A stretch of DNA of 63,851 bases, from assembly GCA_013815345.1 (NCBI GenBank), contig JACDGK010000006.1, forward strand, positions 1 to 63,851, given 5' to 3'. Under the pieces are notes generated by a model. It had not been told where the DNA came from. It ran no database searches and saw only the letters and a program-made list of their open reading frames with translations. The translations under genes were made by a program, and so were the position numbers. Shown here in pieces: positions 47,525 to 57,502 of the stretch. Positions within the stretch are counted from its first letter, which is position 1; the number at the start of each line of letters is the position of its first letter. Source of the DNA: Patescibacteria group bacterium (lineage in GTDB: Bacteria > Patescibacteriota > Minisyncoccia > Phycocordibacterales > Phycocordibacteraceae).

Positions 47525-49354
47525 ATGGCACTCCTTGATTTCCTCAATAAAAAGAAAGAAGACATCGCAATAACGCCGGTACTTCCTAAAGATATCTATG
47601 CACAAGGCGAGCTCGATCTCGCTGACACGATCGCGCCAGCGGCGCTGAAGGTCGAGTCGAAAGAGCTCCAGATCGGCGAGAAGTTCTCGCGTTCCTTTTA
47701 TACTATTTCTTATCCTCGTTTCCTGGCAGACAGCTGGTTTACGCCTATTATAAACCTCGAAAAGGTCTTCGACGTGGGTATTTTCATTCACCCTATCGAT
47801 ACCGGCCAAGCCCTGCACACGTTCCAGAAAAAAGTCGCGGAGGTGCAGAGCCAGATTTCAGAACGCGCAGATAAAGGACTCGTGCGTGACCCAATGCTCG
47901 ATACCGCGTATCAGGACATCGAAAATCTTCGTGACCAGTTACAACAAGCGCAAGAGCATCTTTTTGAGGTCGGCTTGTACCTCACTATTTACGCTTCCTC
48001 AAAAGAGGAGCTCGATAAAACAGAAGGCGAAGTGCGCGGAATCCTCGATGCGAAACTTATCTACACCAAACCCGCACTTTTCCAACAAGAGCAGGCCTTT
48101 CGTTCAACGCTTCCGCTTGCGACTGACGAGCTTGGGGTACATACAAAACTTAATTCATCTCCGCTTTCTTCTATTTTTCCATTTGTTTCTTTCGACCTCA
48201 CGTCAGATCGTGGCATTTTGTTTGGTATTAACCGCCACAACTCTTCGCTGATCCTTTTTGATCGCTTTTCACTTGAAAACTATAACTCAGTGACTTTCGC
48301 AAAGTCAGGTTCGGGAAAATCGTACGCCGTGAAACTCGAAATCCTTCGTTCGCTGATGTTTGATACGGATGTGATCGTGATCGATCCTGAGCGTGAGTAT
48401 GAATATCTTGCACAAGCCACGGGTGGCCGGCTTTTTAATATTTCTCTTTCCTCACAAAACCACATTAACCCCTTTGACCTACCGCCAGTGAAAGAAGATG
48501 AGGAGCCAAGTGATATTTTGCGTTCGAACATCATCAATCTCGTCGGTCTTTTCCGAATCATGCTCGGCGGACTTACACCAGAAGAAGACGCCATTGTTGA
48601 TCGCGCTATTACAGAAACCTATGCCTTGAAAGACATCACCGGCGACGCTGATTTTACGGGTGTTGAGCCACCACTCCTTTCAGACTTTGAGAGTGTGCTT
48701 TCCGGAATGGATGGCAGCAATTCGCTCGTGCAGCGACTTTCTAAATATACGCATGGCACGTGGGCAGGTTTTCTGAATCAACCGACAAATGTCGATATTA
48801 ATAGGCAGTTCATCGTTTTTTCAGTACGTGATATGGAAGATGAACTGAAACCAGTGGCAATGTATATCGTGACGCACTTTATCTGGAATGCGGTGCGACA
48901 CGAGCTCAAAAAACGTCTGCTCATTATCGATGAGGCGTGGTGGATGATGAAATCAGAAGACACCGCTTCGTTCCTTTATAGTTTGGCAAAGCGCGGCCGC
49001 AAATATTATCTCGGCGTTGCGACGATCACCCAAGACGTGGAAGACTTCTTGCGGAGCCCGTACGGCAAGCCGATCCTCACGAACTCATCCATCCAACTTC
49101 TTTTAAAACAATCGGCAACCACGATCGATGTACTGCAGAAAACATTTAATCTCACCGATGAAGAAAAATATTTGCTTCTCGAGTCTGGGGTAGGGGAAGG
49201 ACTTTTCTTTGCAGGTCTCAAACACGTAGCTATCAAGATCGTTGCGTCCTATACCGAGGACCAGATCATTACCTCTGACCCTTCGCAACTTCTCGCTATC
49301 AAAGCTGAAAAGAATCGACACGAAGCTGAGGGAGAGCAACAGAAAGCAGCGTAA
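47525..49354 (+). CDS. VirB4-like conjugation/secretion ATPase
   Basis: AKSGSGKS Walker A, IDPEREY, IIDEAWWMM Walker B, RGRKY, TQDVEDF. Confidence 0.9.
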   Translation: MALLDFLNKKKEDIAITPVLPKDIYAQGELDLADTIAPAALKVESKELQIGEKFSRSFYTISYPRFLADSWFTPIINLEKVFDVGIFIHPIDTGQALHTFQKKVAEVQSQISERADKGLVRDPMLDTAYQDIENLRDQLQQAQEHLFEVGLYLTIYASSKEELDKTEGEVRGILDAKLIYTKPALFQQEQAFRSTLPLATDELGVHTKLNSSPLSSIFPFVSFDLTSDRGILFGINRHNSSLILFDRFSLENYNSVTFAKSGSGKSYAVKLEILRSLMFDTDVIVIDPEREYEYLAQATGGRLFNISLSSQNHINPFDLPPVKEDEEPSDILRSNIINLVGLFRIMLGGLTPEEDAIVDRAITETYALKDITGDADFTGVEPPLLSDFESVLSGMDGSNSLVQRLSKYTHGTWAGFLNQPTNVDINRQFIVFSVRDMEDELKPVAMYIVTHFIWNAVRHELKKRLLIIDEAWWMMKSEDTASFLYSLAKRGRKYYLGVATITQDVEDFLRSPYGKPILTNSSIQLLLKQSATTIDVLQKTFNLTDEEKYLLLESGVGEGLFFAGLKHVAIKIVASYTEDQIITSDPSQLLAIKAEKNRHEAEGEQQKAA

Positions 49355-49400
49355 TGCTACATGGTGAAAATTACGAAATAAAATCAGTTAGACTGTAGCT

Positions 49401-49952
49401 ATGGCGCTATCTGCTGAAGCAAAGGAGTTCTATAAGCCTCGAATTGGCAACGCGATGGCGGGCCTTCTGATTGGCACGTCTATTTTATTCTGGGGCGTTC
49501 AGTTTCTCATTTCTCTGACGGTGGTGGGCGAAATAGGTTCAGAATTTATCGGCATTGTTGGCGACGGTATCTTTTTTCTTTGGCTTTTCTTACTACGGGT
49601 AAATTATTTCGGCAAGAACTCCGGCAAAAAGGTTGGCTTAGTGATTGGGGCCACTATCATCGAGCTTATTCCGTTTATAAATGATATCCCCGCTGACGTG
49701 ATAGAAGTGATTTTTCTTATTCTTATCACCCGTAAGGAAGATCGCGAGATTGCCGAAGAAAAAGCGGCTGCCGCTGCACAAACTGCCGAAATAGAACAGT
49801 TTCAGCAAATACAGTATATGCAATATATGCAGCAACGCGCTCAGATTCAGCAACAGCAGGAAGAAGAAATAATTGCAGCGAACGACAATGCTGCCCGCGC
49901 AGTCCAAGCGGCTAATGACGACGAGGAGCAGGAACTGGCTGAGGCGGCATAA
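49401..49952 (+). CDS. Hypothetical membrane protein with Gln/acidic tail
   Basis: Several hydrophobic segments including IELIPFINDIP; TAGACT-N6-ATG. Confidence 0.7.
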   Translation: MALSAEAKEFYKPRIGNAMAGLLIGTSILFWGVQFLISLTVVGEIGSEFIGIVGDGIFFLWLFLLRVNYFGKNSGKKVGLVIGATIIELIPFINDIPADVIEVIFLILITRKEDREIAEEKAAAAAQTAEIEQFQQIQYMQYMQQRAQIQQQQEEEIIAANDNAARAVQAANDDEEQELAEAA

Positions 49953-50001
49953 TACCCAGTTCGTTCCTCTAAAGTTGTTCCTTAGGCGCTATACTAAAGA
50001 C

Positions 50002-51012
50002 ATGCGACGTACTTTCCCCGTGTTTCTGTTTGTCCTCATCGGTTCAAGCTCTCTTCTCCTCGCTTTTTTTGCGCTCTCGGCTTTTCCGGTACGAGCACAG
50101 GTTGCGGGTACCAATCCCATCAGTCTCGATATTCAGCCGCAGTATCCCGCTCCGTATCAAAATGTAACCCTCACCCCTTCGAGCTCTGTTTTTGATGTGG
50201 CCGCAGCGAGCATATCTATAACGGTAAACGGCACTGCTTTTTATAAAGGAAGTGGGGGGTCGGCTGTCACGATTCCAATGGGAGGACCTGGCTCTACTGC
50301 AAACATTAGCGTCTCGGCCATCGCAGGAGGGCAGACGTACCACGCACAGCTCGTCATTCGGCCTGCGGACGTTGCGTTGGTCGTCGAACCCCTCTCGACT
50401 GCGCATCCTTTTTATGAAGGTCATGGTCTTGTGAGCTCAAACGGTCGCGTACGACTCATCGCTATACCTGACTTGCGTAGCAGTTCCGGCAAAGCGATAA
50501 GTCCTTCGACCCTTGAATATACCTGGAAGCTTGGGGATCAGATTCTTGAATCTGATTCAGGAATTGGGAAATCGGTTTTGAATGCCAACGCTCCCCAACA
50601 ATATCGAGATGCAAACGTATCAGTTACCGTAACAGATCCCGCAAGCAGCGCGGTTGCCCAGACACAAACGACAATTTCGCCGATCGCTCCTCTCGTGCGT
50701 ATTTATGAAAACGATCCTTTGCTCGGGCCATTATATGACAACGCTCTTTCGGGAAATATAACAATGTCCGGTACTGAGAATACGTACCGAGGTGTTCCGT
50801 ATTATTTTTCGAGCTTGCCAAGCATAGGATGGGGAGTCAACAGCGTTCAAAGCGGCTCTGCTAGTGATATTACCGTGCGGGCAACGGGCAATGGACAGGG
50901 GACTGCCGTAGTGAATTTTGCGGCGACCAGTCGAACGGATGCATCCCGTTCAGCAAATACAACGCTGTCAGTAATCTTCGGCCAAAAGTCTGCCGGTATT
51001 TTCGGCTTATAA
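50002..51012 (+). CDS. Secreted Ig-like/beta-rich protein
   Basis: Signal peptide, PQYPAPYQNV, PFYEG, LEYTW. Start 50002 after TATACT-N6. Confidence 0.7.
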   Translation: MRRTFPVFLFVLIGSSSLLLAFFALSAFPVRAQVAGTNPISLDIQPQYPAPYQNVTLTPSSSVFDVAAASISITVNGTAFYKGSGGSAVTIPMGGPGSTANISVSAIAGGQTYHAQLVIRPADVALVVEPLSTAHPFYEGHGLVSSNGRVRLIAIPDLRSSSGKAISPSTLEYTWKLGDQILESDSGIGKSVLNANAPQQYRDANVSVTVTDPASSAVAQTQTTISPIAPLVRIYENDPLLGPLYDNALSGNITMSGTENTYRGVPYYFSSLPSIGWGVNSVQSGSASDITVRATGNGQGTAVVNFAATSRTDASRSANTTLSVIFGQKSAGIFGL

Positions 51013-51015
51013 TCT

Positions 51016-51825
51016 ATGAAATATTTCTGCACTTCATTTTTTCTTTTTTTGCTTCTCGTTACTAGTTCTGTGGCCCATGCTCGAACGTTTCCTATTCTTC
51101 TGGCAGTAGACAGTCCGGCTCAAATCGTTCAAACCCCTGGCCTCATTCCTGGACCGGCAGGAACACCTCCTACACCGACTAGTGCTGTAGGTGGCACTCC
51201 GACAACTCCTCCGGCCACGACACCTACTGCCGGCGTTCAGGGGACCAGCCCAACCGCGTTTGTTCCTCTCACTTCATTGCCAGGAGTTAAGGGAGTGTCC
51301 GGACAAGTTGATTTTGTTTCATTCTTCAATAGTCTCTATAAAGTTTGTATTGGGCTTGCGGCTACACTCGCAGTGCTGCAGATCATTCGTGCGGGCGTCA
51401 CCTGGATGATGGCGGGCGATAGCTCCGAGAAGGTTTCGCAAGCAAAAAAACTTATCGCCAACTCGGTGTTTGGACTTGTTCTTGTTCTTTCGCCGGTTAT
51501 TCTTTTCGGCATCATTAATCCCAACATTCTTTCTTTAAATCTCAATGTAAGTGGTGTTACCAGCCCCTCACCGTCCACGAGCGGGACTCCAACGCCGACC
51601 TCTCCGAGCGGATCGACTTTGCCGGGTGCTGGCGGCACTCCTTCCTCGGGTGACTCCACGGTTAACTCATGTCCTTTTACCGTGGATGAGTACGCTGCAC
51701 TTCCAAGCGGAAAAAGTTGTTCGGACCAATTCGGAGCGGGCAGTCAGCCAATATCTACTGGCTGCTGCGACAACTCCGCCACTCCAGAGGCAGGATATAC
51801 GTGCTGCGGTCACGCTGGCTCCTAA
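51016..51825 (+). CDS. VirB2/TrbC-like pilin with Cys-rich C-terminal extension
   Basis: LAVLQIIRAGVTWMMAGDSSEKVSQAKKLIANSVFGLVL pilin hairpin; C-terminal C...C...CC...CC. Confidence 0.8.
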   Translation: MKYFCTSFFLFLLLVTSSVAHARTFPILLAVDSPAQIVQTPGLIPGPAGTPPTPTSAVGGTPTTPPATTPTAGVQGTSPTAFVPLTSLPGVKGVSGQVDFVSFFNSLYKVCIGLAATLAVLQIIRAGVTWMMAGDSSEKVSQAKKLIANSVFGLVLVLSPVILFGIINPNILSLNLNVSGVTSPSPSTSGTPTPTSPSGSTLPGAGGTPSSGDSTVNSCPFTVDEYAALPSGKSCSDQFGAGSQPISTGCCDNSATPEAGYTCCGHAGS

Positions 51826-51828
51826 ATC

Positions 51829-53085
51829 ATGAAGCGTTTATTTGTTATTATCGCAAGCATCATCGTTGTTCTCGGGATAGGAGTTGCTGTATATTTTGTA
51901 TTCTTTGCATCGGCTGCTCCCCACCTCACCGTGAGCACTGCAAACCCTTTTGGGGACACTGGCTCAGGTACCGTCACCCCAACCACTCCTTCGACTCCTG
52001 AGCAGGTCGCCGGAAGTGCGGGAACCGTGGTGGCACCAAATCTTATCAAAATTACTGGCAGCGCGGTGGCTGCAGGAGCCGTCGCATTTGATATTGTTCC
52101 AATCTTTGCCTCTGCGACAAGCACCTCTCTTGCTCCTACTGGAGCTACGAGCACCGTGGCTAACGGCACCTTTTCAAGTCCTGATATAGAAGTTCGCTAT
52201 ATTGAGCGACAAAGCGGAAATGTGTATGCGTACCGCGCACAAGCTCGTTCGCTCACGCGCATCTCAAATAAAACATTGCCCGGTATTCAAGAAGCTTCGT
52301 GGCTTCCTAACGGCTCGCTTTCATTCGTACGATTCTTGGCGCAAGTAGCTGGAGGTGAACATCTCAATACCTATGCTCTGCCCGCAGATGGAAATGGAGG
52401 TTATTTTCTTCAGTCCGATCTAGACCAGGTGTCGGTAACCGGATCAAGCACGCTCTTTACCCTTACAGCCGGAACCAATGGCTCGATAGGAACGGTCGCC
52501 CATTCCGATGGCTCGGGTGCGCGAACTCTTTTCACTTCACCTCTCGCATCCATTATCGTGCAAGCAGTAGGAAATAGTTTCGTTGCTGTCACGAAAGCTG
52601 CGTCGGAAATCGACGGATACGCTTTTTCAATTACTTCCACCGGAAGTTTTACTCCCATTCTCGGACCGCTTCGCGGCCTCACCGCCTTACTTAGTCCGTC
52701 AGGAAATCTTCTCCTTTATAGCTATACGGATGGAAACAGGGTTTATATGAGTATTTTGAATTTAACTAATGGATCGGTAACCACTCTTCCACTGGCAACA
52801 CTTACCGAGAAGTGTGTCTGGACAAGCGATAGCGCTTTCTTATATTGCGGTATTCCCACGAATTTCTCAGGAAATCTTCCAGATGACTGGTTCCAGGGGG
52901 CTACCTCTTTCACTGATCGTATATGGCGTATCGACTTGGCCAATCGTCTTGCGACGCTTGTGGTCGACCCTGTTAAAACGGGGAAAACAGCTATCGATGC
53001 GGTGAATCTGACGCTTGACCCCAATACGCAACTTCTCGTATTTAGAAATAAAAAAGACAGCTCTCTCTGGGCATTCAGCTTGTAA
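51829..53085 (+). CDS. Membrane-anchored beta-propeller-like protein
   Basis: TM anchor; RYIERQSGNVY, EASW, LAT...KCVW, YCGIP and DRIWRID repeats. Confidence 0.7.
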   Translation: MKRLFVIIASIIVVLGIGVAVYFVFFASAAPHLTVSTANPFGDTGSGTVTPTTPSTPEQVAGSAGTVVAPNLIKITGSAVAAGAVAFDIVPIFASATSTSLAPTGATSTVANGTFSSPDIEVRYIERQSGNVYAYRAQARSLTRISNKTLPGIQEASWLPNGSLSFVRFLAQVAGGEHLNTYALPADGNGGYFLQSDLDQVSVTGSSTLFTLTAGTNGSIGTVAHSDGSGARTLFTSPLASIIVQAVGNSFVAVTKAASEIDGYAFSITSTGSFTPILGPLRGLTALLSPSGNLLLYSYTDGNRVYMSILNLTNGSVTTLPLATLTEKCVWTSDSAFLYCGIPTNFSGNLPDDWFQGATSFTDRIWRIDLANRLATLVVDPVKTGKTAIDAVNLTLDPNTQLLVFRNKKDSSLWAFSL

Positions 53086-53087
53086 CC

Positions 53088-53852
53088 TTAGCTTGCAATT
53101 GGTGTATGGGGCTTTTTTGTAAGACGTACTACTAGCTCCTGAAGCAGCATAGCGACATTACTGGTAATAAAATAAAGCGCGATGGCTCCTGAGGTGTAGC
53201 TGATAACCGCAAAGAGTATTGGAAATACGAAACGGGCCTGGAGGGCCATGGCTCGACCGAATTCTTCCTGCATTGATTCTGGTTTCGCGGCTGACTTTGA
53301 GTCTGTTTTTTTCTTCTCGCGTTTTGGTGGCAGTGGTATCGCAAAATACGCCTGAAGAAATTGGGTAAGTGCGACAAGCGCAGCAAGCAACAAGCTTGGG
53401 CCGGTGATAAGGATGAGTCCGAGAAATACCGGTGAGAGTGCCGGCGGCGCATGTACGAAAGAATAAAGCAAAGAAACATTTACATGGGAAAGAGATTCTT
53501 TTCGAACCAAAAAATAGAGCGAGAAAAGAACGGGGAGCTGAATAAAAAGCGTGAGGATACTCGCGAACGGTCGGATTTTGTATATCTTATACAGGGCGAA
53601 TGTTTCTTTTGCTTGTAGCTCTTTATTATCTTTATATTTTTCTCTGATCGCTTTAAGTTCTGGTTCAATCGCTTTCATTGCACGCTGAGTACGAAGAGCG
53701 GAGAGTGAAAGCGGCAAAATGATAAGCCGAACAATAAGCGTGACGCCAATGATGCCGAGGCCGACGTCGGCACGCGGCGTAAGACTCACCAGAAAAATGA
53801 GGAGATTATAAATCGGCACATACAGGGTGGTGTGAAAGAAGGCGATGATCAT
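53088..53852 (-). CDS. yidC: Membrane protein insertase YidC
   Basis: IIGVTLIVRLIILPL, IQLPVLFSLY, ALYFITSN; canonical position next to rnpA. Confidence 0.93.
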   Translation of the reverse strand: MIIAFFHTTLYVPIYNLLIFLVSLTPRADVGLGIIGVTLIVRLIILPLSLSALRTQRAMKAIEPELKAIREKYKDNKELQAKETFALYKIYKIRPFASILTLFIQLPVLFSLYFLVRKESLSHVNVSLLYSFVHAPPALSPVFLGLILITGPSLLLAALVALTQFLQAYFAIPLPPKREKKKTDSKSAAKPESMQEEFGRAMALQARFVFPILFAVISYTSGAIALYFITSNVAMLLQELVVRLTKKPHTPIAS

Positions 53853-53857
53853 TGTTT

Positions 53858-54199
53858 TTATATAGTACGCGATGCACCCGTTCGTGGTAAGAGGTCGGAA
53901 AGCTCTACTGAAATTTCACTGAACGAAAGACTTTCGCAGCCAGGGCGGGCATACACGATGAGCGCGTATGCGGGAGAAAGCCACGGCTGCATGGCTGCTC
54001 GTACCCTGCGCTTCAAAAGATGTCTGCCCACTGAAGTGTGGGCTACCTTTTTAGAAATTACGATCGCTCCACCGCCACTTTGATCTGCGACGTTAGAGAG
54101 AGTGGCTGAAAAATGTACGCTAGTGACTCTCGTGGCTAATCTATTAGCCGTAGTGTTTGTAAAATCATGCCGGGAGAGGCGCAGCCGGCGCGAAAACAT
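53858..54199 (-). CDS. rnpA: Ribonuclease P protein component
   Basis: RLSRHDF, VISKKVAHTSVGRHLLKRR (RNR-like motif); synteny. Confidence 0.9.
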   Translation of the reverse strand: MFSRRLRLSRHDFTNTTANRLATRVTSVHFSATLSNVADQSGGGAIVISKKVAHTSVGRHLLKRRVRAAMQPWLSPAYALIVYARPGCESLSFSEISVELSDLLPRTGASRTI

Positions 54200-54206
54200 A
54201 GATTAC

Positions 54207-54344
54207 CTAAACCGTGAGGCTTGCGCGGCCCTTTCGACGACGGCGCAAGATCACCTTTTTCCCGGCGGGGGTGGCGCTTCGCACGAGAAAACCGTGCGTA
54301 GTGGCACGTTTTCGCTTTTTGGGTTGATAGGTTCGCTTAGGCAT
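54207..54344 (-). CDS. rpmH: 50S ribosomal protein L34 (absent from the ORF track)
   Basis: Manual translation [45 protein letters not shown]. Confidence 0.97.
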   Translation of the reverse strand: MPKRTYQPKKRKRATTHGFLVRSATPAGKKVILRRRRKGRASLTV

Positions 54345-54389
54345 GGCAGTGAGTAGTGACTAAAATAGTGCGGGGAGCTGATATCAGGG

Positions 54390-54398
54390 TTATCCACA
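54390..54398 (+). promoter_or_regulatory. Perfect DnaA box upstream of dnaA
   Basis: TTATCCACA. Confidence 0.8.
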
Positions 54399-54490
54399 GG
54401 ATAGTAACAGGTTGCGTAAATGTAAGCAAGAAACGACAAGCTTTCAAGAAACTAGGGGCATTCTATAAAGACCGGTATACTACGCAAGTT

Positions 54491-55840
54491 ATGGATAAGA
54501 ATAGTCCTCATGAACTTTGGGAATATGTGCTTACACAGGTGGAGCTCTCTATTTCGCCTGCAAATTTTAATACCTGGTTTCGAGACGGTTCGGTCGTAAA
54601 GATAGAGGATGGCATTGTATATGTAGGCGTACCGAGTCAATTTTTCCGCGATTGGTATCTGAGAAAATTTAATACGCTTCTTCTGAAGATCATTCGTTCT
54701 GTTTCGTACGAATACCGCAATATCGAATACCAAATCGTCAAAGACGATCGTCGTAAAACTAAGGAAATACGGCGTGTTTCACGTCCTACCGTCGAGCTGC
54801 CGCTGGATGATTTTTATATCAATAAAAGCGACAATCTTAACCCGCGCTATACCTTTGAGTCCTTCGTTATCGGCTCCTTTAATGAGCTCGCTTTTGCTGC
54901 TGCTCAGGCAGCCATACATCGTCCAGGCATTACGTACAACCCCCTCTTTGTATATGGAGACACGGGGCGGGGTAAGACCCACCTTATTCAAGCAATAGGG
55001 AATCAATATAAAAAGCTGTACCCTACCCGAAAGGTTTTTTATCTCACCTCTGAGAAGTTCGCGGTTGACTATAGCGATTCCTTGCAGGCAGGTACCGCAA
55101 ACCGCTTTAAGGACAAATATCGCCAATATGATCTTTTGATCATGGATGATATTCAGTTCCTTTCGAAGAAAGAAAAGACCCAGGAAGAGCTTTTTCATCT
55201 CTTTAATGCTCTCTACGACAATAACAAGCAGATTATCTTCTCCTCTGATCGAGCACCGGTCGCGATTTCCGATATTGCAGAACGTTTGAAGGGCCGGCTC
55301 GCGAGCGGTATGACTATTGATATTGGTGAGCCTGACCACGAGTCCCGCATAGCAATTGTTCGCAAAAAGGTTGCGGCACATGGTATTACGCTCTCGGACG
55401 AAGTGACTGAATATATAGCGACAGCAGTAGCAGGAAGTATTCGTGAACTTGAAGGTGTCATTAACTCGATCGTGTGTCACACCCAGGTAAAAGGTATCCC
55501 CCCAGACATAGCAGAGGTTCGTCAATCACTCCGATCCTTCTCACGACCTCAAAAAACAGTTTCTGTGAAGCATGTGGTGTCGAAAATAGCTGAATTTTAC
55601 GGTATTGATGAAGAAAGTATTTATGAAAAGACCCGTCGTCGGGAAGTGGTCCGTCCGCGACAGGTAATCATGTACATCCTGCGTGAAGATTTTAGCGTTT
55701 CGTACCCGACTATCGGCAATAAACTTGGCGGTCGTGACCATACGACCGTTATTCACTCTTGTGAAAAGGTAAAGAGGGAAGTGGGAAGTGACACTGAGCT
55801 CGCGAAAGAGATACAGGATATTCGAACTCTTTTAGTATGA
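54491..55840 (+). CDS. dnaA: Chromosomal replication initiator DnaA
   Basis: LNPRYTFESFVIG, YNPLFVYGDTGRGKTHL, DDIQFL, RPRQVIMY, GGRDHTTVIHS. Start moved to 54491. Confidence 0.97.
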   Translation: MDKNSPHELWEYVLTQVELSISPANFNTWFRDGSVVKIEDGIVYVGVPSQFFRDWYLRKFNTLLLKIIRSVSYEYRNIEYQIVKDDRRKTKEIRRVSRPTVELPLDDFYINKSDNLNPRYTFESFVIGSFNELAFAAAQAAIHRPGITYNPLFVYGDTGRGKTHLIQAIGNQYKKLYPTRKVFYLTSEKFAVDYSDSLQAGTANRFKDKYRQYDLLIMDDIQFLSKKEKTQEELFHLFNALYDNNKQIIFSSDRAPVAISDIAERLKGRLASGMTIDIGEPDHESRIAIVRKKVAAHGITLSDEVTEYIATAVAGSIRELEGVINSIVCHTQVKGIPPDIAEVRQSLRSFSRPQKTVSVKHVVSKIAEFYGIDEESIYEKTRRREVVRPRQVIMYILREDFSVSYPTIGNKLGGRDHTTVIHSCEKVKREVGSDTELAKEIQDIRTLLV

Positions 55841-56123
55841 GTGGTTACTTGAGAGGAAATATGTGGAAAAAGAAGTGGATAAGTGCAGGGACAGTAAGTG
55901 GAAAAGGTGAGGATAAGGGAGGTAACAACTACAGGAAAACTTTAGAAAAAGTGGGGATAAATCTTATCCAAAATAAGCTAGTGTTTAGCTTACCCCCACC
56001 TTTTTCTCTTTTAAAGAGTGGGTGTTGGGGAGTTGTCAGTGCATCCTTCTTTCATTTGAGAGCATATATACTGTTGTATATGCGGTTTTCCACCTATCCA
56101 CAGTCCTAGTAATAAGAGTATGT
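55841..56123. other. Candidate oriC (dnaA-dnaN intergenic region)
   Basis: DnaA-box matches at 55862 (TGTGGAAAA), 55874 (AGTGGATAA), 55897 (AGTGGAAAA), 55964 (TTATCCAAA), 56086 (TTTTCCACC) and 56094 (CTATCCACA). Confidence 0.75.
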
Positions 56124-57224
56124 ATGATTATATCGATAGATAAAAAAGAATTGGCGGAAGCAGTGAATAGTGTTTCTCGTTTTGCGGAACGACGCTCGAC
56201 AACACTTCCCATTCTTGCAGGAATTGTTATCGTTGCAGGAGATGATGGAATAAAACTTCGTGCCACTAATCTTGAAACGGGAATCGATCGAAAAATTTCC
56301 GGAACGATAAAAGAATCAGGAGTGGTGGCACTCCCCGCTACTACTTTCCGGGAAATAACAGCTTCGTTTTCAGGAACAGGGACAGTAACGCTTGAACATG
56401 GAGGAGATACTCTCGTCATCTCTTCGGGAACGGGTCGTAGCACTCTTAAAACACTCTCATACGAAGACTTTCCCATCTTGCCGTTCCCCGAGGCCACAAC
56501 AGTGAAATTTTCGATTCAGGGCGCACAGCTTAGAAACCTCATCACTACCGTAGCTGCATGCGCTTCAACCTCAACAGTGCGTCCAGAGCTCGCGAGTATA
56601 TTTTTCTCCTCGGAAGGTGGAACAATAAAAGCCGTCGCCACTGACTCATTTAGATTATCCGAGAAAAAACTCACCGTTTCTGGCAATACGAGTCCTTTTT
56701 CTCTTCTCATACCAGCAAAAAATATTCTCGATGTAGTCCAAACACTTCCCGATGAGATGATCGAAGTACGAAGCGACGACCACCAGTGCGCCTTTTCATG
56801 CCCATCAATGATGATCACTACGCGTCTCGTTACTACCTCCTACCCCGACTATACCCAAATCATCCCTAAATCTTTTATTGCAGAAGCCACTGTTTTACGA
56901 AAAGACCTAGAGGCGTCTTTGCGCCGCTCGGCTGTATTTTCTGACTCATTTCAGAAAGTCAGAGTGGGATTCTCCACGGGAGATAAAAAAGTCTCTATAA
57001 GCGCCCACAATAATGACGTAGGAGATTCATCGGAGGCTCTCACTTCGGCAGTATCGGGAGAGTCGATAGAGCTTTCTTTCAATCACCGTTATCTCACCGC
57101 TCCTCTTTCGCTCATAACCACCGAAAGTATTACTCTTTCTGCGAGCGGGATAGGACGGCCGCTCGTCATTCGCGGAGTTGGTGACGAAACGTATCTTTAC
57201 CTTGTTATGCCAATGAATCAGTAG
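56124..57224 (+). CDS. dnaN: DNA polymerase III beta sliding clamp
   Basis: LPILAG, ATNLETG, RPEL, ATDSFRL, YPDY, YLVMPM. Start moved to 56124. Confidence 0.96.
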   Translation: MIISIDKKELAEAVNSVSRFAERRSTTLPILAGIVIVAGDDGIKLRATNLETGIDRKISGTIKESGVVALPATTFREITASFSGTGTVTLEHGGDTLVISSGTGRSTLKTLSYEDFPILPFPEATTVKFSIQGAQLRNLITTVAACASTSTVRPELASIFFSSEGGTIKAVATDSFRLSEKKLTVSGNTSPFSLLIPAKNILDVVQTLPDEMIEVRSDDHQCAFSCPSMMITTRLVTTSYPDYTQIIPKSFIAEATVLRKDLEASLRRSAVFSDSFQKVRVGFSTGDKKVSISAHNNDVGDSSEALTSAVSGESIELSFNHRYLTAPLSLITTESITLSASGIGRPLVIRGVGDETYLYLVMPMNQ

Positions 57225-57250
57225 AGAAATGATTTGAACACTATAAATCT

Positions 57251-57502
57251 ATGCGCTCTCTAACCGATCTTCTCCTAAACTACCATCTTCCCGGGATACG
57301 GTTTTCTGAAATGCGCAGAATTTGTGCCGAAGAAGCTACTACACTCACCGGATGCGCTCTCACCTCGAAACAAATGTTGTACAAAAATGAAGAACTGATA
57401 TGTTCAGTGCCACCCGTCATAAAATCAGCCCTATTACTCCGACAGGGAGAACTCATCGCACGACTCGCTACGCGAGGAGTGGTTGTCCGTATTCTTAAGT
57501 AG
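57251..57502 (+). CDS. Small protein, possibly DciA/DUF721-like
   Basis: 83 aa directly after dnaN; L.CSVPPVIKSALLLRQGELIARL resembles the KH-like DciA fold. Based on synteny and motif only. Confidence 0.5.
   Translation: MRSLTDLLLNYHLPGIRFSEMRRICAEEATTLTGCALTSKQMLYKNEELICSVPPVIKSALLLRQGELIARLATRGVVVRILK

Noticed and set aside
40229-53085. Integrative conjugative element
   Set aside because: No relaxase, coupling protein, integrase or boundary repeats; embedded in core genes next to oriC.
55838-55840. Genetic code 25 (TGA = Gly, as in Gracilibacteria/SR1)
   Set aside because: TGA terminates conserved genes at their expected ends (e.g. dnaA), and long conserved ORFs have no in-frame TGA.
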